Origin: Terriglobia bacterium
Lineage (GTDB): Bacteria > Acidobacteriota > Terriglobia > 20CM-2-55-15
Direction of reading: 5' to 3'
Assembly (NCBI GenBank): GCA_965198225.1
Contig: CBDAOY010000005.1
Span: forward strand, 1-64,000
Length of the DNA stretch: 64,000 nucleotides
Shown here in pieces: positions 52,904-63,402 of this stretch (positions are counted from its first letter, which is position 1; each line of letters opens with the position of its first letter). The notes below the pieces were generated by a model. It worked only from the letters and a program-made list of their open reading frames with translations, was not told where the DNA came from and did not search any database. The position numbers and the translations under genes are program-made.

Positions 52904-53761
52904 TCAGTTCAGCCGTTCGAGGCGGTCTCGAACCTCATCCGCCCACTCGGATTCCGCGTCGATGGCCAGGTAGCCGTAGGAGAGTCTCTCGACCAGGTCC
53001 GGGTTGCCCCGCAGGTCGGCGAGCACGATCCGGTTGAACATCGCAGGAAGGAAAGACTCGTCGAGCTCTAGAACCAGGACGAACTCTTCTTCGGCTCTTC
53101 CGAGGTTCGCGGCTCTCTCCTCGGGAGTCCCGGCGCCGGATTCCAGGTAAGCCACGCCCAGATCGTTGCGGACGGCGGTGTCCGCGGGTGTTTCCGATGC
53201 GGCGCGTTCCAGATGGTCGATTGCGAGACCAAACCTCTTCTGGGTGAGGTAGAAGAGACCCGTAAAATAGTCGCCGGCCCGAAGTCGCTCGAAGTCAGGC
53301 TGTGCCGGCTCGACCTCTGTCTCGGGAATCGATCGCGTCAGGATGAAACGCAGGAATTGCTGGTCCGACAGCCTCGACTCGAAGGGCCGGTTCTCTCCCA
53401 GATAATCCCTGACGATGGATTCGGGATCGATGTCGATCCCGCCGCCATCGAAGAAGATGCCGACAGTGAGAGCCACCAGGACCGCGGCGGCCGCAGCAAG
53501 CCACGGGCCGGTGCCTGAAGCCTTCTTCCTTGCTCGGGTGGGCAAAAACCGACGGGTCCAATGGCTAAGCGCTTCCTCGACTGCCGAATCCTCCTCCTTG
53601 AGCACGTCATCGTCGAGGATTCGCATGTAGAACGCCAGCTGGCTTCGGCAATCGTCGCAGCCGACGAGGTGCTGCTCGGTCGCCACGCGGATGGCGGGGT
53701 CGAGCTGGCCTTCGAGGTACCCGGTCAACGAGTCTTCCTTTAGGCATTGTTGGTTGTTCAC
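52904..53761 (-). CDS. zf-HC2 (ZAS) anti-sigma factor with TM helix and TPR-like extracytoplasmic domain
   Basis: CL....L.GY.EG...EQHLVGCDDCR (HxxxCxxC), TM WLAAAAAVLVALTVGIFF, NDLGVAYLE. Confidence 0.88.
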   Translation of the reverse strand: MNNQQCLKEDSLTGYLEGQLDPAIRVATEQHLVGCDDCRSQLAFYMRILDDDVLKEEDSAVEEALSHWTRRFLPTRARKKASGTGPWLAAAAAVLVALTVGIFFDGGGIDIDPESIVRDYLGENRPFESRLSDQQFLRFILTRSIPETEVEPAQPDFERLRAGDYFTGLFYLTQKRFGLAIDHLERAASETPADTAVRNDLGVAYLESGAGTPEERAANLGRAEEEFVLVLELDESFLPAMFNRIVLADLRGNPDLVERLSYGYLAIDAESEWADEVRDRLERLN

Positions 53762-53798
53762 GCGTTTTGTTCCCCTTGGGTTGTGGATTTACATTCCC

Positions 53799-53917
53799 CT
53801 AGGAGTCTGCGCGGCAGAAGAACGATTTTGGGTCATTGTGACCACAGCATAGTGCGTGTGCGCAGCACTTAGCATCGACATGTAGTACCGGGTTTCTTCT
53901 GCCGCGCAGACTCCTAG
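53799..53917. repeat. Perfect 24-bp inverted repeat around a 71-bp spacer
   Basis: CTAGGAGTCTGCGCGGCAGAAGAA (53799-53822) / TTCTTCTGCCGCGCAGACTCCTAG (53894-53917). Confidence 0.9.
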
Positions 53918-54069
53918 CCTAAAAAGACGAAAAAAGCGGTGTGTGACCACGCTAAAAAAATTTCGGCAAGTGAGCCAGTGTTGGTTACGTCTCTTAAAAC
54001 AGGGACGTCACATCGTCCCTTACCCCACTCGAACGATCCCCCATACCAACCAAACAAAAGGAGTTAACA

Positions 54070-54860
54070 GTGAATCGACGTGATTTCATGACAGTCTTCG
54101 GCGGCGTCAGTGCCGCCACAGTGCTGGGAAACCGCCAGCTCTTTGCATTCGATGGCGAAACCACTCCGTTCTATGTTCGTGGTCTCGTCATGCTGACCTT
54201 CGATGACCCGAACTATCTTCGGCTTGCGATTCCCGAGGCTCACGGACACAAAGCCACCTTGAGCATCGTGCCCGACGAGGGCGACCAGCGAACCTTGGCC
54301 ATAAAAGGGCATGGGGCGTTGGAAGGCATCGCGCCGAACGGCCGGAAACCAGATCTCAAACTTCCGGAGCTGCTTGACGTCCGTGAGATCTACCGCGACG
54401 CCACTCCAAAGATCGATGATAGCCCGTCTATCATATCGATTCCGTGGTCGGCGATCCGGTCCGTCAGCACGAACACGGTCAGCGACGATCGGTGGACATT
54501 CGTGCGAACGGATACGGGCGAAGTAGTACACACGGTTCGGCCACGCAAGATTGCGGAGTCGCTCAAGATTGAACTAGTATCTTCGGGTACGCTGAAACTC
54601 AACAACGGGAAAGCTTCTGTCGCTCTCAGCGGGGCCCGGGAACTGTGGACGGATTTCATACCGGTCAGGGACGACATCGGTGATTTCGTCGACCACTTCG
54701 AGCACTACCTGCCCTACGTCGAGACGTCAGAGGCTTTTCATGTAATTCCGAAGAGATTAGGACGGCCACGACGGAAGCCGACGGTTCCACCGACATGGGC
54801 AACTCCTACGCCACGGTGTTTCCGGACCTGATGTGCTTCCTGCTTTTGCTGGCGAGATAA
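54070..54860 (+). CDS. Tat-exported hypothetical protein; C-terminus probably frameshifted
   Basis: AGGAG RBS, MNRRDFM Tat motif. The track ORF ends at 54831, but an alternative frame (MGNSYATVFPDLMCFLLLLAR) ends at 54860, 3 nt before the CHAT ATG. Confidence 0.75.
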
Positions 54861-54863
54861 TCG

Positions 54864-57800
54864 ATGTTCTTCCCCTCGATCCGTGTCGCGGCAGGTTTCG
54901 TCCTGACCGTCAGCGTCGGCTTCAGCATTTACGCGCTGACGTCTGACAGATCGGACGAGGCAGCTGTCGAGAAGTTACTCCTCGACAAGTTCGCCGACGC
55001 ACGGACAACGGGAGGACGCCTTTTCGGAGTTCCTTACTCAGAGTTTGCACCCGCTCGGCCGCTCTCTGAAGAGCTCAATCGGGCGCAATTTCTGCTGGGA
55101 ACCCTGGAGCAGGATTCGGACGAAATAATCCTGCTCCAGGCCTACTCCGATATTGCGATGCAAGCGTGGCGGTCCGCGGCAGCGCGACTTGAGCGCCACG
55201 CGGCTCGCAATCCCGGCGACCCCAGAGTCCTTAACGATCTTGGCGTCGTATATCTTGAACTCGCCGAAAACGATCCGTCGGCATTGCCCAGAGCCCTGAA
55301 TCGCTTTCTGTCCGCGGCGGCTCTGGCTCCGATGGGGGTCGAGCCTGTCTTCAATCTTGCCCTGACGTATCGAAGACTACACCTCCCAATGGAGCAGGCG
55401 GCGGCCCTGGAGTTGTACGGAGGTCTCAGCGCGGATGATGGTTCCGTCCAAGAACTCATCGATGAATCCGAAAGCAGCGACCAACTGGACGTCCCGGGGC
55501 TGAAGACGGCGCTCGCCGAGGACCGCATAGATCGTGCCTGGGCCATCACCAGGAATAGCCCGGACAGCTTCTGGCAGGTCCTGTTGGAAGTCGCAGTCAA
55601 CAGGGTGGAATCCTTTGACGAGTACGCATCGATAGTTCAGATCGTTGAGTTATTCGAGCAGCACTTCCACGACGAAACGCCCCGGGCGATTGTGTCGCCA
55701 CTTGTGTCAGAGCGACGCGATCGTGTTAGTGCATCCAGAAAGGCGGTCTTCGAGGCACTCGGAGAGTATCGGCAGGGGAACCTCGACGACAGCCTTGGAA
55801 AACTGACCCTCGCTTCACGGTTGGCGGAAGAGTCCGGTTCGGACTTCGATCGGAGTTGGGCGCGAGTGGCACGCGCCAACGTCCTCATTTCCACTCAGGG
55901 ACTCTCGGAAGCTCGGGAACTGCTGGATTCGGTTGTTGAAACAACACGCCACAATGGCCAGAAGTGGTTGCTCGCAAGAACCCTGACCGTATTCGGCCTG
56001 CAGCATCAGCTCCTGAGAAACCGTCCGGAAATGATCGAGCGCCTCGAAGAGGCCATTGACCTGTACGAGAGCGTCGGAGCCAATGTCGAGTCCGCTGGAA
56101 CTCGGTTCTATCTGGCGACCCACTTGCATCGCGAAGGGAGCGCGACTGAAAGCATGAGGATTGCCGGCCGCGCCCTTGACGTGACCCCTGACACGAACCA
56201 CGCCGTCCTCTCTTCACTATGCTGGGTCATGGGCATGAACCTGGAGCTTCGCCAAGACCGTTCGTTAGCCGTGCTTTTTGCACGGGAAGCGGCAAGGCAG
56301 GCGGAATTGGCGGGTGACCCGCTACGCAGCAGCCAGCTGTTGATCGAACTGGCTGAACTCTACGAACTCGCGGGTGACCGTGAGGAAGCCGATCGCCATG
56401 TCCGGCTGGCCGAAGAAGCAGCCAGTGCCACCGACTCCACTGTTTATGTCAAGAACATACAGGACTTGATTCTAAATCTGGGAAAGGCGCGCATTTTGAC
56501 CCGACGCCAGAGGCTGGCCGAGTCCGAAGCGATGCTCAAGGGGAGCCTGCCACTGCTGGACAGGGCAGACATCGACATCGTGTACAGGCATCAATACAGG
56601 CTGGAGCTTGCCAAAGTCTATCAGGAACAGGGTGATGCGGTCCGAACTCGCGAGGAGTTTCAGCTCGCGGTTGAGGCGGTGGAGTACGAGGACGACATGC
56701 TAGCTCCACCTGCCCGCCTTGCATTTGACCAGCAGCGGCGGGATGTCTTCGAATTTGCGATTGCGTTCGAATTCGATCAAGGTGAACTCGACCGCGCCTG
56801 GCAATACGCACAGCGCTACAGGGAGAAGCTCATTACCGAAATGCTCGACCAGTACTCGCCAAGGGAGGACGGGTTTGCGGATCGCGTGTCGCTTGCGGTC
56901 CGAGACAACGCTCCGCCCGAAGACCTGTCGCTTGTCGAGTACACCATGCTCGAGGATCGCCTGCTGATATGGGTGGGATCGTCAGCCGGTCGAACCGGCC
57001 GTGAGCACCCGGTTTCGCGGGACGTGCTTACGATGAAGGTCGGGCGGTTCCTCGAACTCCAGCGCGATCAGTCGGCAAGCCGGGAGATCACCGAGCTGGC
57101 AAAAGAACTGCATCGGGCCTTGATTGCGCCAATCGCAGATCTTCTGGATGGAACCGACGTTGTCTCGATTGTTCCGGATCGGGTTTTGAACCGCCTGCCG
57201 TTCGACGCTCTTATGTCAACAGACGGCCGTTACTTTGCGGAAGACCACACACTACTCGAAACCCCGAGCACTGCCTATTTTATGAGCCCGCTGCCAGCCC
57301 CAGCCGCTCCGGGTACGCTGGTCGCCATGGGCTCGCGGGCACAAGACTCTTCCATCCGGGCCGAACTTGAAGAGGTAAGCAGGATTCACCGAGGAATGGA
57401 GGTGTTGGATCAATTCGAAGTCGACGGAGACGTGTTCCTCGAGGCGGTCGACGGAGCCAGCCTGTTTCACTACTCCGGACACTCGGCCATCGACGGGGCA
57501 AATGCTCTGATGTCTTCGATCCAGCTTGACGGCGCCGGGTCCGGGCCGAATGCCGTCACCGCGATGGAAATCGCGAATCGACGGTTGGCGGCCAATGCCG
57601 TCGTCGTCCTAGCGTCGTGTGATTCGTCGGTCGGAAACTCTACCGGCGGTGTGGGAGTGCGCGGGCTCACTTAGGCTTTCCTCATAGCGGGTGCCGGCGC
57701 GGTCGTGGGTTCCCTATGGCCGGTCGAGAGCGACTCGACCCGAGAGATCGTCGTCCGCTTTCACCGCGCTCTGGAGAGTGGAAGCTCGCCGGCTCGAGCC

Positions 57801-57956
57801 CTCCGTGAAGCCCGGACTTCCTTCCTCCAGGACTTTCCCGAAAGGTCGCATCCTTATTACTGGGCCGGTTTCACCTTGACCGGCAACAGGAGCGCACTGG
57901 AACCACTCGTCTTCGCCTCCGAAACCGCTACGGAATCAGAAGCACTTTCCCGGTAG
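54864..57956 (+). CDS. Membrane-anchored or secreted TPR-CHAT protease with an in-frame TAG at 57672-57674
   Basis: N-terminal hydrophobic helix, TPRs, [26 protein letters not shown], then [20 protein letters not shown]...HPYYWAGF in the same frame. Confidence 0.88.
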
Positions 57957-58896
57957 TCTTCCGTCCCTCCAACTGTCGGTGCGCCTCGGCCGCCTCTCGG
58001 AGAGGAAACGTGTGTTCGATGCGGAGTTTGAGCTCGCCGGCTTCATGCCACGCAAACAGGTCCTTCGCCCGGGACATCAACTCCTCGCGGGTCGCCGCAT
58101 AGTTGGCCAGCGTGGGACGGGTCAGGAAGAGAGATCCTTTCGCAGACAGCCGGACCGGCTCGAAAGGCGGGATGGGGCCGCTGGCCTGACCGAACGAAAC
58201 CATGTAGCCCCTTGGGCGCAGACAGTTCAGGCTTTTGTCGAACGTTGCCTGACCGACCGAATCGTACACGACGTCCACACCGCGGCCGTAGGTCCACCGC
58301 TGGACTTCAGTCTCGAAATCCTGCTGGGTATAGAGAATGACGTCATCGGCTCCGGCACCTCGGACGAGCTCAGCTTTTTCTTCGGTCGAACAAGTCCCGT
58401 AGACGGTCGCGCCTATCCTCTTTGCGATCTGGATCAACAACAGACCGACTCCGCCGGCCGCGGCATGGACGAGAGCCGTGTCCCCTTTCTTCAAGGCAAA
58501 GGTGCTGTGACACAGGTAGTGGGCCGTCAACCCCTGAAGCATGATCGCTGCACCGGAGCGGGCGTCCATGCCGTCGGTCAGTTGGATCAGCTTCCAGGAC
58601 CCGACGATAGGCGCTTCGGAGTACGATCCCGGAGTCATGGCATACGCCACACGGTCTCCTACCTGAACCTCGGTCACATCCGGGCCGACGGCCTCGACCG
58701 TTCCCGCCGCCTCCATGCCCGGTGTAAAAGGCGTATCGAAATGGTACAGACCGGTCCGGTGGTACACGTCGATGAAGTTCACACCGATCGCTTCGGTTCG
58801 GACGACAGCCTCTCCCGACCCCGGCTCGGGGTTCGGGGTCTCCTCGAAACTGAGGACTTCGGGCCCTCCGTGCGTGTGTATGCGAATGGCTTTCAT
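57928..58896 (-). CDS. qor: NADPH:quinone oxidoreductase (zeta-crystallin family)
   Basis: [44 protein letters not shown]. Confidence 0.94.
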   Translation of the reverse strand: MKAIRIHTHGGPEVLSFEETPNPEPGSGEAVVRTEAIGVNFIDVYHRTGLYHFDTPFTPGMEAAGTVEAVGPDVTEVQVGDRVAYAMTPGSYSEAPIVGSWKLIQLTDGMDARSGAAIMLQGLTAHYLCHSTFALKKGDTALVHAAAGGVGLLLIQIAKRIGATVYGTCSTEEKAELVRGAGADDVILYTQQDFETEVQRWTYGRGVDVVYDSVGQATFDKSLNCLRPRGYMVSFGQASGPIPPFEPVRLSAKGSLFLTRPTLANYAATREELMSRAKDLFAWHEAGELKLRIEHTFPLREAAEAHRQLEGRKTTGKVLLIP

Positions 58897-59014
58897 GATC
58901 CGCCCAACTTAAGTTAAGCCGACACGGCCGGTCAACGACTTTGTCGGCACGGCGCTTCTCGGGGCGGAATTCCGAAATTGAAAATCCATTCTCGCTTTAG
59001 TACATTCCTTCAAC

Positions 59015-59440
59015 CTGCAGACCGATGGAATCTGGGCCAACATTTTCCGGCTCGGTCACACCAAGGAAGACGTCAGCGAGATTCTTCGGCATGTTCCGAT
59101 CTTCCGGGACTTGAACGACCGTGAGCTTCAGATTCTGACTGGTATCGTGCACACCCGTTCCTACCAGGCCGGTGAGATCATTTTCATGGAGAGCGAGCCG
59201 GGGGCCGGCATGTACGTCATCGAGTCCGGCGGCGTCGATATCATCCTGAACCATGCGTCGGACAGGCCACTCTACCTGGCGCAGCTCGATGCCGGAGATT
59301 TCTTCGGGGAGATGGCGTTGCTGGGGGATCCGGAACTCGGTGGCGAAGTGCTGGGGCTTCTGATCGCCGTGCCAGTCGCGGCCAGCATGAAGATCGTCGG
59401 CACGGAGTTGTACCGCAATTACAGCCTGCAGGTAAGATGA
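59015..59440 (+). pseudogene. Cyclic-nucleotide-binding domain fragment fused to an AI-2E-transporter-like tail
   Basis: VPIFRDL...GEIIFMESEPGAGMYVIESGGV...GDFFGEMALL lacks the PRSA motif and continues as GLLIAVPVAASMKIV. Confidence 0.65.
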
Positions 59441-59541
59441 GCCCGCTACTGATTGTCTGTCGCTTCGGGAACTTCGGTCTCCGTCCCCGAATTCCGGACA
59501 CTTGGTGGTCTTATTGCAAATCGCGATATCTGAACAATCCA

Positions 59542-59650
59542 CATTGCAGGTAGCTCATTGGAGATTGCTTCATTTCAGATTTCCGACCAATAAGAAATCG
59601 AGCAGTCTCCAACTTCCAATGCGGATTCGTCCGATGACCAATCTGCAATG
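59542..59650. repeat. AT-richer imperfect inverted-repeat element
   Basis: CATTGCAGGTAGCTCATTGGA / TCCGATGACCAATCTGCAATG; single copy in the window. Confidence 0.5.
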
Positions 59651-59707
59651 CAATGGTTATGGGATGGGGGAGTTCTCGGCGCTCAGTCAGATCGGGTCAG
59701 GGTCGCG

Positions 59708-60623
59708 TCAAGTCGCGGGGACTCCCGAAGGCGCCTCCCACAGCGCGGTGCTCATGTAACGTTCGCCGATGTCGTTGAGGATCGTCACGATGGTTCCCTC
59801 TCCGATCCGTTTGGCGGTTTCATACACACCGTGCAGGTAGGCTCCCGACGACTGGCCGGCGAAGAGGCCGTGTCGGGCCAGCAGCGCGCACATGCGGGCA
59901 GAGTCGTCGCTCGAAACGCAAACCCGGTGGTCGACGACGCTCGTGTCCAGAATCTTCGGAATGATGTCGCCGGGAGACTCGAGCGGCTTCAGACCTTCGA
60001 TACCGGGAAAATCCTCGGGAATGATCTGGACGATTTCGACGCCCGGAACCTCCTTCTTCAGTCGGCGGCCGACTCCGGTCAGTGTGCCTCCTGTCCCGAC
60101 GCCGGCCACGAAATGGGTGACGCGGCCCTCCATCTGGACCAGAATCTCGGCGGCGGTCGTCTCGTAGTGAGCCAGCCAGTTGTTGTCGTTTGAATACTGA
60201 TCGCAGTGGAAGAAGCGATGGCCCTCGGCATCGACGATCCGATGGCTCTCGCGCAGCGCCTCGTCGTAGCCTTCGATCGGATCCGTCTCGATCAGCGTGG
60301 CGCCGTGGGACTGTATACGAAGCTTTCGTTCCTTGCTCGCGTTCCCGGGCACCACGATGTGAACCGGGACCTTCATCATCGCGCCGATCATCGCATAGGC
60401 GATGCCGGCATTGCCGGAGCTCGAGTCGAGCACGGCCCGGCCATCCTCCAGCTCGCCGGCCAGCAGCGCCTCGAGGAGCATCCGTCGAACGGGTCGGTCC
60501 TTGAGGCTTCCGCCAGGATTGGCGTACTCGGCTTTGGCGAATACGCGAACTCCCGGAAACTCCTCTTTGAAGCAGAGTATCTCCACCATCCGGGTGTTCC
60601 CGACCAGGCTCAACGCCGGAAAC
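59708..60623 (-). CDS. PLP-dependent cysteine synthase family protein, 3' exon (5' exon outside window)
   Basis: LVGNTRMV, KAEYANPGGSLKDR, SSSGNAG, GVGTGGT, GQSSGA, DIGERYMST. The upstream part of track ORF 59708-60910 is intron sequence. Confidence 0.9.
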
Positions 60624-62159
60624 ACCGGGTGGCCGGAGGCAGTTGCCCGCCTCCGGCTCCCACAGAACGCAGCGTGCGGATTTCCCGCACTGCGCTCTTC
60701 AGAATTGGATTTACAGCACAGCGAGAGACTGGAACTCCCGATAGCGGAGAGCCAACTTGGGACGCTGTAACGGAAAGTGCAGCTGAATCCGGTTGAATAC
60801 TTCCCACCGGACGAAGCCTGCACGACTACGACTGCTGAGCATTTGGCGCCAGTAACGTTCCACGGCCCGAGCGACGTGCTGCAGAGCCCGGAGGTTCCCG
60901 GCAATGCCATAGTAGGCGTAGTGCCCGCGCAAGACTCGGTTCAGATTGTGCACTTGCTCCCGGACCGGCAAGTGACGCATTCGCCTCATCACGCCGCGTA
61001 GATGAGCCAGACTGCGTCGAAGTCGAGACTTCTCTGTTCGCAGTCCCACTCTAAAATTGCCTTTGCGATTACGCGTACAGTACAGGGTCATGCCCAGAAA
61101 ATAGATCGTCTCTGGACGTTTTCTCCCGCGCCGGACGACATCGCGCTGGGCATAGCGGCCGAATTCGACGAGCTTCGTCTTGGTCGGCTCCGGAACCAGT
61201 CCAAACTTTCCCAGTCGCTTGCGCAGAACGTTCTGGAAACGAAGCGCATCGTCCCGATATTGGAAACACACGACAAAGTCGTCGATGTACCGCACCAGAT
61301 ACGCTTCACCCTTCAGGCGTGGCCGGACCATCCGGTCAAACCACAGGTCAAGCACATAATGCAGGTACAGATTGCTCAGCAGAACGCTGATCGACCCACC
61401 TTGCGGGGTTCCCTCTTCGTTCGAATGCAATTCCCCGTCTTCGAAAACGCCCGCCTTTAACCATCGTCGTATCAGACTGATGATCCGCGGATCTCCGACT
61501 CGATGCTCCACAAAGCGGAGTAGCCATCCATGGTCTAAACTCCCGAAAAAGTTCTTCAAGTCCGCCTCCAACACCCAACTCACCTTGCATCCGGAAATCA
61601 CCTCATGGAGGGTTGCCAGTGCATTGTGGGCGCCCAGCCCAGGCCGGCCACCAAAGGAACAGGGCAAGAAGTCCTGCTCGTAGATGGCGACCAATACCTC
61701 GGCCACGCTGCGCTGAAGGGCCCGATCTTGAACACAGGGCACGCCCAGGGGACGTTTCTCCTGCTTGCCGGGCTTGGGGATATACACCCGCCGAATCGGC
61801 GGAGCGCGATATCCCTTCTGGTGAACAGACTGGAGCATTGGCTCCACCCAGACTCCGAATTCCTCCTTCGCCTCCGGTACCCTCTGACCATCACATCCGG
61901 GAGCCGTGTTGCGGGGCACTTGACACAGGTTCTTCCACACACGCTCTCGGGTGACATGATGCGCCAGTGACGTGAACCGGAGCTTTGGCTCACTCCGAGC
62001 TTTCGCCGCTATTCGTTCCAGTTTCGTTTCCATGACTGGTTGTTCCTCTCGTTGCATAGAGGACCGTATCCTCCCGTTGCATGGAGCTCATGTTTCCCAA
62101 GAACGAGTCCACTTCTGCTGGCCGCTTCCCCATGTGATCGGCTCTCCCGACCTCGGAGT
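60624..62159 (-). mobile_element. RT-encoding group II intron (class E-like), 3' part from mid-domain III to the 3' end
   Basis: Domain V GAGCGCAGTGCGGGAAATCCGCACGCTGCGTTC, domain VI ending CACCCGGT, domain III remainder ACTCCGAGGTCGGGAGAGCCGATCACATGGGGAAG. Confidence 0.9.
60711..62033 (-). CDS. ltrA: Group II intron reverse transcriptase/maturase without an endonuclease domain
   Basis: RFTSLAHH, APGCDG, RVYIPK, RPLGVP, DLKNFF, GTPQGG, RYIDD; domain X LRGHYAYYG. Confidence 0.95.
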   Translation of the reverse strand: METKLERIAAKARSEPKLRFTSLAHHVTRERVWKNLCQVPRNTAPGCDGQRVPEAKEEFGVWVEPMLQSVHQKGYRAPPIRRVYIPKPGKQEKRPLGVPCVQDRALQRSVAEVLVAIYEQDFLPCSFGGRPGLGAHNALATLHEVISGCKVSWVLEADLKNFFGSLDHGWLLRFVEHRVGDPRIISLIRRWLKAGVFEDGELHSNEEGTPQGGSISVLLSNLYLHYVLDLWFDRMVRPRLKGEAYLVRYIDDFVVCFQYRDDALRFQNVLRKRLGKFGLVPEPTKTKLVEFGRYAQRDVVRRGRKRPETIYFLGMTLYCTRNRKGNFRVGLRTEKSRLRRSLAHLRGVMRRMRHLPVREQVHNLNRVLRGHYAYYGIAGNLRALQHVARAVERYWRQMLSSRSRAGFVRWEVFNRIQLHFPLQRPKLALRYREFQSLAVL

Positions 62160-62484
62160 GTAGAGTCGAAAGTGGTCGGGCCGATCGGCCCTTCCACCGT
62201 CCGCTCAATCAAACGGCTCGTGCGGTTTTCCCGCAAGCCGCTTTCCTCAGTTGCTCCTCGTTCGGAATTCGCTGTGTGGCGGCAGGTGGCGGCTTCGTTC
62301 GTACCGCGTTTGGGTCTTTCGCTAAGGGAACTATCCAAGTTCACGATATCTCCGCGTTTCCCATCGCTCGCACATTCACGACTGAGTACGGGGACTTCCC
62401 CCTCCAACGGGCCTTTTGGACCCGCCAGCGCCGCTGCTCGAAGCAACGATCCGAGACCTTATGTTTGCCGTCTCGTTCCTGAGT
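62160..62484 (-). mobile_element. ORF-less group II intron copy A, 3' half (domain III remainder to domain VI)
   Basis: 325-nt repeat of 62485-62809; ends CGACTCTAC directly before the outer intron's ACTCCGAGG. Confidence 0.9.
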
Positions 62485-63402
62485 GTAGAGTCGAAAGTGG
62501 TCGGGCCGATCGGCCCTTCCACCGTCCGCTCAATCAAACGGCTCGTGCGGTTTTCCCGCAAGCCGCTTTCCTCAGTTGCTCCTCGTTCGGAATTCGCTGT
62601 GTGGCGGCAGGTGGCGGCTTCGTTCGTACCGCGTTTGGGTCTTTCGCTAAGGGAACTATCCAAGTTCACGATATCTCCGCGTTTCCCATCGCTCGCACAT
62701 TCACGACTGAGTACGGGGACTTCCCCCTCCAACGGGCCTTTTGGACCCGCCAGCGCCGCTGCTCGAAGCAACGATCCGAGACCTTATGTTTGCCGTCTCG
62801 TTCCTGAGTACTATTCCCCGATCCGATTCCTGACACCGCGTCGGCCGGAATTTCGCTCTCGCTTATATCCGCACCTACCGCGCAGGGCTCTAGGTCGATG
62901 TTTGTCTTCTCGGTTGCCCGCCCTTTCTAGGTCTGCGGGGTGTCTGCGGGTGCCACATCATCTCGACCTTACCTTCCGCTCGGACGATACCAGGCCTCCC
63001 TGGGTCACTCGCGTCTCTTCTCCACCGTGTCGCCCGCACACACCTTGGTGCGATGGGGTGGAACCAATGCGCCTTCGCCCCAATAGTGCGGGCTCGACCA
63101 TTCCCCATCTTTGGCCGACCGGTTCATCCTCGGGATGGCTCCCGTCGATTACGACCCGGTGGTTCTCCTCATGCCCTTCAGACCCCACCTCGCGGTGGGC
63201 GCCCTGCCCTCCAAAGTTTCCGTAGCTGGCTCCAGCTTTGCCTTGGCCGTATCCGGCTTTCGCCTTCGTGCCCGTTTAGGCATCTGCACTACCTGTCTAC
63301 ACTTCGGCCAGTGAGGCATTACCCCCACTTGTTGGATATCGACCCGTGGCCTCGGGCCGAGCGGGACTTTAACCCGCCGGAAACGCGTGCTGCCAGGCAC
63401 GC
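62485..63402 (-). mobile_element. ORF-less group II intron copy B (complete, 918 nt), nested inside copy A
   Basis: GCGTG...CGACTCTAC. Removing it restores GGGAATAGT|ACTCAGG in copy A. Confidence 0.9.

Noticed and set aside
57672-57674. Pyrrolysine or genome-wide TAG recoding
   Set aside because: TAG is a normal stop in other genes here (folE, ligD, queD), and no pyl genes are visible.
60711-62033. RT as a DGR, retron or CRISPR-associated RT, with the nearby repeats as TR/VR or an array
   Set aside because: The RT has domain X and is followed by group II domains V and VI. The repeats are intron halves, with no adenine-specific variation and no spacers.
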